64,000 nucleotides of DNA from Vitrella brassicaformis CCMP3155 (lineage: Eukaryota > Protista > Chromerida): assembly GCA_001179505.1 (NCBI GenBank), contig CDMY01000708.1:186001-250000 (forward strand), read 5' to 3'. Every line of letters starts with the position of its first letter. Within the stretch, counting starts at the first letter, position 1. Below are positions 48,553 to 57,387 of the stretch, piece by piece. A program made the position numbers and the translations under genes. Below the pieces are notes generated by a model, which was not told where the DNA came from, ran no database searches, and was given only the letters and a program-made list of their open reading frames with translations.

Positions 48553-51500
48553 GGGTGAAAGCATATAATTAGATCCTTCACGCCTTACCACTTCGTACCA
48601 TGGTTGTTGTCGTTAGTATGTTGCAGTGCTCGTGGAGAGGCCCCATCTTCAGCCTCTTCTGCCTGTCCTGGTGTTGCGCTGCCAACAGGCGGCCACTGCA
48701 ATACCTCGATCATGTCTGCCTCAGGTTCTTCAACTTGACTATCAGAGCCCCACCTGCCACACAGCACCCACACAAATGAGGGACTCGTCCTATCTATGGA
48801 CTTGCCTCTCTCCGCCCACGTACATAAATGCCGCACACGATGGCACGTCCAAGTGGATGCTCGCGTCGGAGGCCATATCGTATCGACCCAAGCCGTCGAC
48901 CGCCGTGAGATTGACATATGTGTGCAGTGGCTCGATCAGCCCCCAATTCCGTGAAGACACCTCCGCCTCGACGCCGAAGCGATTGGCAGCAAAGAGAGAG
49001 AGGCGGCTCTTGTGGGGACTCTTGACATCATAGTCGATCACCAGCGTGGCGGGACGGGCATCCTTCACGTCGCGCAAAAAGTCGGTGAAGGTGCGATAAA
49101 GGCGGGCGGGGATCTGCAGGGTTCGCAGGGTGGCGCCGTTGCTCTGAGTAGGCGCCAGCGCACTCAGCCACACGCACTGGCGGTTGAATGTGCGGTCGCT
49201 GCCCTCATTAATGGCCGGGCCCGAACGTGGCGGCACTGCATCGCCAAATGCCGCAGGACACTGTCGGATCCACAAGGGAACATCACAGTCGTCCCGGATC
49301 ATGACCTTCTGGATGCCCTTCCAGACGTTCTGATGAAGGATCCAGCTCTCGCCCTCCCACTCGGCCGTCACATGGTCGATCACATAGTCTTCCAGCTCAT
49401 CCGTCCTGGGCGACTCTTCCGCAGCCACCACAAACGCCTGCTGAGACTTGGCATTATCCTCGGTCTTGGGCTTGGTCATGATCGTCTTCAGGGCCTGAAC
49501 GACGATAGATGCACAATAATGTTCGCGGCTATGTTTCCGGTTTCGCCTGCCTCACTGACCGTGTATGAGGCAGCTCCGCTGGAAGTGTTTCTGAAGACCT
49601 CGATACGGTAGCGCGGCGCCGCCGTAGTGCTGTCGGCCTCCTCCTCGGCACTGCTCATCAGGTAGAGCGTACAGTTAAGCATCATGAACTTCGGCTCAGA
49701 CCCTGGTGAACCCCTCTTCCCCCGACACACGTTGCGCTTGGAGTCGTAGATGGGCTCGAGGAAGACCCGCAGGTCGTTCGGTGTTCCGGTTCTCTGCCAG
49801 TTCGGGTCGTCGGTCTGCGCCGCCAGCGAGAAACACGACACAGCAACGGTCAGAAGGTGCTCTCGCTCTCTGTTCAGTGAGGAAATGTGCTGTCTTACAA
49901 TGGCTGCCCCCCATTTCGCGGTATCATCCTGCAACCGGCGGGCATCAGATGCAGACGACCCGCTCGTTGTTTCGTCATCTGCCCTGAGCAAGCGAAAAAC
50001 GGCCTCCTCCCCTTCCAGAGTCAAATCAGCGTGCAAACCTGACAAACAAGAAGCATGAATGACACACCATATTGTGGTTCATTACATGAGCCCACCCATG
50101 TCCACACTTTCTTACCGGTCAGGGGGATGTTGCCGAAGTTGTCTGAGCCATTGAAGTAGACGACGCTCTCATTGTACTTCTTGTACGCATCCTGTTTCCA
50201 TTCATCCGTTCATCCGTTCATCGTACACTGACTGTGCTTCTTGTACCTTGAAAGAGAAGATCTCGAGCTCGTCAGCCGGAATCACCCGCTCCACCTCGGC
50301 CTCCACAAATCGCAGCAGTGAGCCCATGTCCACCGGATTCGCTATCTCACGGCTGAACAGCGACAATTGGCGTCCTCGCAGACTGTCATCAGTAGCCTTC
50401 CGGGTGGCCGTCCGGATGCGGTCGACCTCCTTTGTTCCGACGCAATCGTGCAGTCGTTTGGTCAGCGTCTTTTGGCTTTGAGAGAAGGAACCGCGGAAGT
50501 CCAGTATCTTATAGAGATCCACAATGGCTAGAGTCATGAGGCGCTGGTTGCGAACGTAGTAGTCCATCGTCGCCATGGCGATCTTCTTGGCGTACTCGAA
50601 TGGCGGCGTCGCCTGGCCGTTTGGCTGTGTGGGTCTGAGCGACGTCCAGTCCCAGCCAGCGCCGCTGATGAGGGTCTCGCTCCCTGCACTCATACATGAA
50701 GAGGAGAACGATGGTGATGTCAGACGATGTGCTGTGTGACTGTCTGTTTAATGATATACGTGGGAGTTACCCAGAAAGAAGTGTCCGTGGGATGCGAGGG
50801 CCGTTGTGACTTCGTACGACGCCATCAGGCATGCGTCGAATGAAAGCAGGTCGAAGCGAAAGTCTTCCGGCATGCCCGCGTCCTTAACGCCGTTCTGGGA
50901 CAACAAGACAAGTCCAGTGACGGTCTCTGGCGTCGGACGGTCTGTATCGCTTACTCTGATGTTCGTTTCTAGAGCCCAGAGGTTCATCAGCGAATCCCAG
51001 TTGCCGTGGCTAGAATCGCCGCCGAAACTGCACACCATCCACACATGCCTCTCGATACGCGCCTTGCCGTTCACCGTGATTTACCCTTTCCGACCGACGC
51101 CATGATCCCAAAAAGTGAGCGCGTAATGCTCTGCAGGAAAGTCCTTCAACGCATCCGCGATGAAGTCCTTCATATCACACACACAAGCAAGGAAGGAAGG
51201 AAGGAAGGAATGGGCACGTGCCGATGGGTTGTCATCTCGCTCACCCGCAGCACTTTGCCGTCGTCCATGTTGCTTTCGCCCCAGTCCCTTTTGAGCAGCC
51301 AGCGACGCCGGCTGGTGCTGTTCTCGTTCTCGTACGGGTCGCCGATCATCAAGAGCTCGTAAGCCCCGGAAAACTGCTGCCTCACCTGAACGAACCGTCG
51401 CCATTCAAATGCAAAAGATGACAGGCATCCATGTTCGTTTTTCATATGAGGATGGGTGGACGTGCGTGCATACATACCTCTCTGGCATTGACCTCTGGGG

Positions 51501-53243
51501 TCGCCTCTGGACAGATGACCATCTGGTGGATCGCTCTATGAGACGAATCGTCCACCTCAGGGTCGGCGCGGTCGACGAGCACCAGCAGGTTGATGTCGCT
51601 CTTGGGGATCTGCAGCATCTCCTTTAAGTCACTCATGGCGTAGCCCTCCAAGTTGTTGTCCTGATGGCGCGTGCGCACACACATACGCACACACACACAG
51701 ACGAAGAACGAGCGTCGTCTCCCTGACATGGCGTTGTTGGCGACGTCCGTCTCACTTACCGCGTTCATATACACGAGATGCGTCCAGTGTGCCTTCCTCA
51801 TGCTGCCGAGGCGCTCCGCCACCCCCGTACAGAAAGTGGGCGGCCTCAGCTGGTACGCCCATGCGGGACTGTCGCATTCAGGCAATCTATACGAGCCACT
51901 TGCCGACTGGTCGGCACAATCTTCCTTTGAGTGGATCCGGCACGCGGGCTTATCGTCTGACGACCGCTTCCGGCACTCGTTGGTACACCGGCATCCACCA
52001 TTGGTGAAGACCTGCTCGATGCCCCCCTCGACGCACGCATCGTAGTACTGCCCAAAGGTGGGCCCCAGGCACTTGCATGGGCCCTTGTCGCAGTCCTCCT
52101 GCAGAACGGTGCAGAAGCGCTCCAGACCGGGGATGTCGGCGCCCTCCTTCTGGCAGCTCCTCTCGATGCATACACAGCCGGTGAGGGAGAACAAGACGGT
52201 CCGTGCCGCGCACTCGTCGGGCTCGCACGTCTCCACGCCGAGCTGTGCTGCAGGTGCTGGTGGGTCAGCTGGATCTTGGACTGGTGGGTCAGCTGGATCT
52301 TGGACGGGGGGGAGCTGTGCTGGATCTTGGGGGGGGAGCTGTGCTGGATCTTGGACTGGTGGGTCAGCTGGATCTTGGACGGGGTCCAGTGCTGACGATG
52401 GTTGGTACCGACCTTGGAAGCACTCGTCGTTGTCTCCGCGGACGTAGTTCTCTGCACACACGCACTTGCCCACCCCGCTGCCGGCGCCCCGCTCGCCCTC
52501 GGGGATCCGCTGAACCTGCACACACACACACACAGACCAACGACACACACAGACGGACATCCATGTGCGCATCTCTTTGTGTGTGTGGTTGGTTTGGTCC
52601 TTTACCTCGCAGACTTCGTTCTCCTCTTCTGAGCATTCGATCGTCGAACACAAAGACTCACAGCGACCGAACCTGCACACAGATAATACACAACACACGG
52701 ACATGCCTCCATGCAGTCCATTCATCCATGTGTGGGTATGTGTGAGCTGACCCGTCGTCTTGCGATTGGCAGGTCTCGTTCCATTTGCAATATGCAGCCA
52801 GACCAGTGCACTCTAGACCTGCACACCATCACACAGACACACAATCTCACCCACATCCGAGTGTCCTTTTGTCACACGCACCAGGTTCGCAGTCGCCGCC
52901 GTCGAATTCGCATTCATAATTGTAGCACTCAAAGTCGCACACCGTGTCATTAAACCACTTCAAATCACGGCAATCCCCAAAGCAGCCGGAGGGAATCGGC
53001 GATGCTGGGGCTGACACACCCAACACACACACACACACACACAGATGCATGAGTACGTGTACTTGCCTGTGGGTCTGTATTTGTGTATTTCGTACCTTGC
53101 AGCCGCCGCCTGCGCTGTGTGATCTTCCTCATGTGACTGCTGCCACCGCCCCGCCTGGCCTGTCTGCCCGGCATGCACACGACCAGCAAGCCGAGCACAG
53201 CGATGCCACACACAACAACCGAAAAAAGCACCAGTCGCGACAT
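48248..53243 (-). CDS. Secreted or membrane-anchored clostripain-family (C11) cysteine peptidase with LNR, EGF-like and ShK-like domains
   Basis: Hydrophobic N-terminus MSRLVLFSVVVCGIAVLGLLVVC. WTHLVYMNA|DNNLEGYAMSDLKEM, INLLVLVDR, YALTFWDHGVGRKG|FGGD (His codon 51104-51102), FDLLSFDACLMASYEV (Cys codon 50831-50829), SETLISGAGWDW. About 14 exons; stop at 48248. Some C-terminal junctions are tentative. Confidence 0.85.
52262..52392 (-). repeat. Coding minisatellite (5 units of 24-27 bp) encoding (V)QDPADPP/QDPAQLPP
   Basis: Core GCTGGATCTTGG at 52268, 52292, 52319, 52343 and 52367, in frame within the clostripain ORF. Confidence 0.9.
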
Positions 53244-53391
53244 ATCTGATCTGCGACGAGTGTATCAATGAAGGAAGGAGTGGGTGAACGAGTGATGGAC
53301 AGAGAAGAGAAAAAAACACTTGTACGCGCAAGTCCCATCATCACAATACCTAAGCTCGCAAAGATCGTGAGCCGCAGCTGAAACCGCTGCT

Positions 53392-54220
53392 GCGGCCTCT
53401 TCTGCGCATTCGGCCTCTCAGTGGCGGATGCATTCCTTCCCGCGCAGCCGCACATCACTACTCACCATGTGCAGCATCATGCCAGCCGCCGCCTCGCCGT
53501 TGTCAGAGCTGCCACTGGCAGTGGCGACAAGAAGACACTCGAGAGGGTCCTGATTCGGCAAGGCGATGAGTCAGATCTGTCCAAGATCCGCCTCGTGTTG
53601 GCTTCACAACTCATGAAGTGAGCGGATGACAGAGCACAAAGGCTGCGTGACGTCTGCTGTATAGAATGAATGTGTTTGTACTGTGCAGTCCTTTGTTCTT
53701 GCAGGCTGAGAGGTTTGTGTGTGCCGAGATGGATGGGCGGCTGATTGGCTTTGGTCAGGTACGGCCGCTGGATGGCGGCGGGGGCTCTTTCGAGGTGGCA
53801 TCGCTGTTGGTCGATGAAGCGGAGAGGGGCAAAGGTACGCCATGAGGCCATGCAGCATGAGCCGTGTGTGAATGCTGCTGCGTGTGTGTCATTCACTCAC
53901 TCACTCGGTCAGGCATCGGCAGCGCCATCGTGAGGCGTCTGTTGGAGCGGCATGGCACCAAAGGCACTCTGTATCTACTCACATTATCCAAGACGACGCC
54001 ATTCTGGTATGTGCTTGCTCGATCACAGAGGACAACAAAACGCACGAGTGGCTTGTTATGTGTGTCTGATTCGGCAAGGGAGCGATTTGGTTTTCGCTTG
54101 GTGGGGTCAGACCAGGACACCTCTCTGCCGGCACTTCTTCGGTTGGAGCGAAGTGCTGGGACTCTCGTGGCTGGCGGACTGCTGGGGCAGACAGTGGTGG
54201 TCATGACAAAGGATGAGTAG
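53392..54220 (+). pseudogene. 5'-truncated duplicate of the plastid GNAT (copy 2)
   Basis: Gap-free match to 46658-47568 at offset 6734 with 14 mismatches. Homology starts inside codon 5 of the signal peptide, the ATG is lost, and an in-frame TGA lies just upstream (53379-53381). The rest of the frame and the splice sites are intact. Confidence 0.7.
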
Positions 54221-54559
54221 GTGGAAGAGACAGTGAGTGAGCAATGGTCAGATGCTTGTCGTGGGGGCTTATGTGACGTGTGACTCATTCACCTACGGTC
54301 GTGTTCTGGCGAGATGTACGACACGGAAGGGGCGGGATGGGACGTGTCGCATGTTGTGTCGCATGTCGTGTGTGTGTGGCCTGGCCACCTCCTCTCGCAC
54401 TCTCTGCTGTGCTGTGCACACACAGCTTTCACTTCACACACGGGGTGGAGGGAGGGAGGGATGTCATGAAGTCAAGTGAAGTGGAGTGCACTGACTCATC
54501 TACCGAAAGCTCTTCAGTCTACAAAGGCCCTCACTGATGTCCACGCACTGCCAACCCTC

Positions 54560-55878
54560 TCACAAGCCAGTCACCGCCAGCTCATCCCGGTCAAACACAA
54601 GGCTCATCTTCACATGCACCCGCCTCGCCGTCCGCGGATTCTCAACAAACACACGCACAACATGTCCCAGCAGATCAAACAGCGCCGTGCACAGGGTGTA
54701 CCCAGAGTCTGGCCCTTTCGCCGTCCGGTAGATCGGGTAGCTCCCTTCTGTGTCGCCCAGAACGTCCAGCAGGTCGCCCGCACTCGTAGGGCTGGGCAGC
54801 TCGTGAGCCCTCCTCTCCCTTGCTTTGCTCGACCTGATGGCTGACGGGATCTGCGGCACATCCACCAGGTAATCGTACTTGTTTGCCCTGAAGAAGGCAC
54901 CGTCAACCACATGGTGGCTGTGGAAGAGGTTGGGCCCCTTGCCGTCGAGGGAAGGCGCCACCTCCACCGAGATGATGGTCGGCCGGTCTTGCCCGATAGA
55001 GAAGACGTTGTACCCATGCCCGGTGGCCATTCGTCGGCCGCTGATAATGGCCATGGCCTCGTCGAGCGATCCAGCCTCCAGCAGTTCGCGAGAGATGAAA
55101 TTCCTGCCGATGGCGCCTGTCTGGGTGTAGTCGGGGTACAGCCCATTGAGTGTGAAGCCAACACCGTGGTCGTTCCAGCCAAAGCCAACGGTCGGCAGCT
55201 CTCCTGGGTAGACGAAAGCCGAGAATCTGCTGGCCCGGGTGACACCGTCGCCGTACATGGAGGCTGTGAGAAGGAATGCGCGGTTCCTGGCGGCGAGGTC
55301 ACCGTCCTCATTGTGGGCGACCCATGCGTGTTTGCCCTGCTCCTTGAGCAAGTAGTCAGAGCAGTCCTCAATGACAGCTGGCGGCTGAATGCCGTGAGCA
55401 TCGTGATTGCCAGAGGCGGCCATCAAGACGGATAGCTCGTTACGCAGGTTGAGAATGAACAGATCCTGACATCAACAGACACACACACACACACATGGAA
55501 CACCCTGCACTGTGTGCTGTGTTGCCCCTGTACCATGAAGGCGACTCTCGCTCCCTCGGCTGTGGCTCGGATCTCCTCGATGTACTGAGGATAGGCTGTC
55601 TTGTGCGTCTGCAGGAACTCATCCACAATGCGCGCGCCCTCCGAGGTGGCTGCGAACAGCCGCAGCTGATGGAAAGACGAAAGCTCCTTTAACCGAGCCC
55701 TGATCTGCTCGTCAAATGTCGTCCCGATGGCCATGCCGACTTCTGTGTGGTTCCCGTGGGCAAAGAGGGAGGGCAGGATGCCGAGCGAAGCGGCTCCGGT
55801 CGTCATCGTCCAGATTGCAGCGAAAAGAGAGATTGCAAGGGGTCGCAGACGCTCACAACAACAAGGCGGCGACGCCAT
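54560..55878 (-). CDS. Peptidase C45 / acyl-CoA:6-APA acyltransferase-like Ntn-hydrolase (Tan-like)
   Basis: Two exons. GNHTEVGMAIG..YPQYIEEIRATAEGA..LNLRNEL..EDCSD (autocatalytic Cys)..AHNED..YPGELP..FGWNDHGVGFTLN..GRNFISRELL..YPIYR..TLCTALFDL. The N-terminus may be a signal peptide. Confidence 0.88.
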
Positions 55879-55954
55879 CAACGCCTGAGAAAGCTGTGGC
55901 GGGGAGGCTTGAACAAGAACAGCTCGCAGATGCCGATCGAATTCATCGCCCTGG
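55879..55954. promoter_or_regulatory. 76-bp spacer between divergent ATGs (C45 peptidase / TPGS2)
   Basis: ATG on the minus strand at 55878 and on the plus strand at 55955. The 5' UTRs are probably very short or overlapping (inference). Confidence 0.45.
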
Positions 55955-57200
55955 ATGATGGCTAACGAGGCAGGAGCCTCCTCCCAGGCCTGCTCAAGTC
56001 GACTGGGTCATAGATCTGACGATAAACGCCCAGATCTCTTCGCTCGCGTGGTGCAGCACCTCAGGAACCATCCAAGTAAGCAGACACGGCCGTGACGTGA
56101 ATGCCCGCTGCGTATCTGACACTGTTTGTTTCTTGTGGCACACAGGCGTCGACAAGGTCGAGATCCAAGAGCATAGCCCCGTCACAGGCAAGAGGGGAGA
56201 GAAACTGGACCACCATCCCATCCTTCGTCTTCAGTTGGCGAGGTGGCCGTATGGGAGGGCAGCAACCATCCGTTCCGGCTGCCAGCCGACCTCTGCAACT
56301 TCTACCTCCTCGCGGACGGGTGCAAGCTCTCATGGCGTGTGAGGGCGTCAGCGGGCATAAGCGGCTCAAAGGCCGCCAACTCGCCCTCCAGCCTGCCCCT
56401 CGGCTGCGTCGAGGTGGTGCCGCTCAAGGGACTGAAGAGGGTTAGTGCATGGTGTTGTGTTGTGCTGTGTTGGGTTGAGGGTATCTGTGTGTGTGTGGTG
56501 TTTGCAATGAAGGTGAGGCTGGAGCCAATGGTTATGGACGATGACGACGACGGAGAAAGCCAAACCAGACCGAAAGAAAGCGGCAGGTAGGAAGCCTTTG
56601 CGCACGTGTGTCTACACCACATGTGTCTGCTTCTGTCGCCGCAGCTGTCGGCCCTCTCCCGCCAGCACGGCAGCTCTGCACCGTGAGGGGTGGGGCGTGT
56701 TCGACCTCAACCCGAACGCAGCTGACGGGCGGGTGGTGCTCATGATGGCGCCACACGCACACACCGCACAAGTGTGGTTCCAGGTATGTGGCATGGGTGG
56801 GTCCGTACGTACACAAGGCGCATGGGTGTGTGCAGGATATGTCGTGCGATTGGCACTTCCTGGCGGCGTCGTTCACCGACTACTTCCGGCTGGCACTGCT
56901 GCACCTGGGCATCGCTAGATGGTACGTGACGTGACACAGATGTTCCTCATTGCCTGTGTGTGCGTGTGTATGTGTGTGAGTGTCGATTCCCTTCGCCTGT
57001 GTGTCAGGGAGTATGCCTTCACGAGTGTGGGGCTGGACCCCTACACACAGCGGTGGCTCTCCTTCTTCACACACGAACGGTCGGCGAATGATTGACGTGG
57101 GTGGATGGACGGATGCGTTTTGATAGCGACTCTTGTGTGTGTGTGTGTGTGTGATAGGTATCTGCTAGACATGTCAGAGCAGCCCGGCGGTCACAATTAG
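55955..57200 (+). CDS. TPGS2: Tubulin polyglutamylase complex subunit 2
   Basis: Spliced product ..VVQHLRNHPSVDKVEIQEHSPVTVGEVAVWEGSNHPFRLPADLCNFYLLADGCKLSWRV..LPLGCVEVVPLKGL..GRVVL..VWFQD..WHFLAASFTDYFRLALLHLGIARWEYAFTSVGLDPYTQRWLSFF matches TPGS2 motifs as I recall them. Needs one GC-AG intron (56188-56234). Confidence 0.82.
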
Positions 57201-57387
57201 AGAGGGAACCAGACAACCAGACAAAGAACAGATCGCCTCGGCCGATGAAGATATGATGACGTTTGACTCATCTTGATTCATGGGCAACATAAATACATCT
57301 GTGTGCGTACACCCCGAGGGCACGATCCTCGTCCCGCTGACAACCACCACATAGCCCCATTGCAGGGCCCTGCATGCATTCCGGTCG

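Noticed and set aside
52262-52392. Regularly spaced ~24-bp repeats resembling a CRISPR array (also 7593-7665)
   Set aside because: No unique spacers, the units are in-frame coding minisatellites, the context is eukaryotic, and there are no cas genes.
52890-52985. Notch-like receptor suggested by the LNR repeat
   Set aside because: A single LNR, no ankyrin repeats or EGF array, and in frame with a C11 peptidase.
53392-55878. GNAT + C45 as an acylation/deacylation metabolic gene cluster
   Set aside because: The adjacent GNAT copy is truncated and recent, and the intact copy is plastid-targeted while C45 is not; adjacency is best explained by the duplication.
57371-57378. TGCATGCA (known ApiAP2-bound motif) 10 bp upstream of the pseudokinase ATG
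   Set aside because: The same octamer also occurs in introns (7253, 8085, 18328), so it looks like background without an enrichment test.
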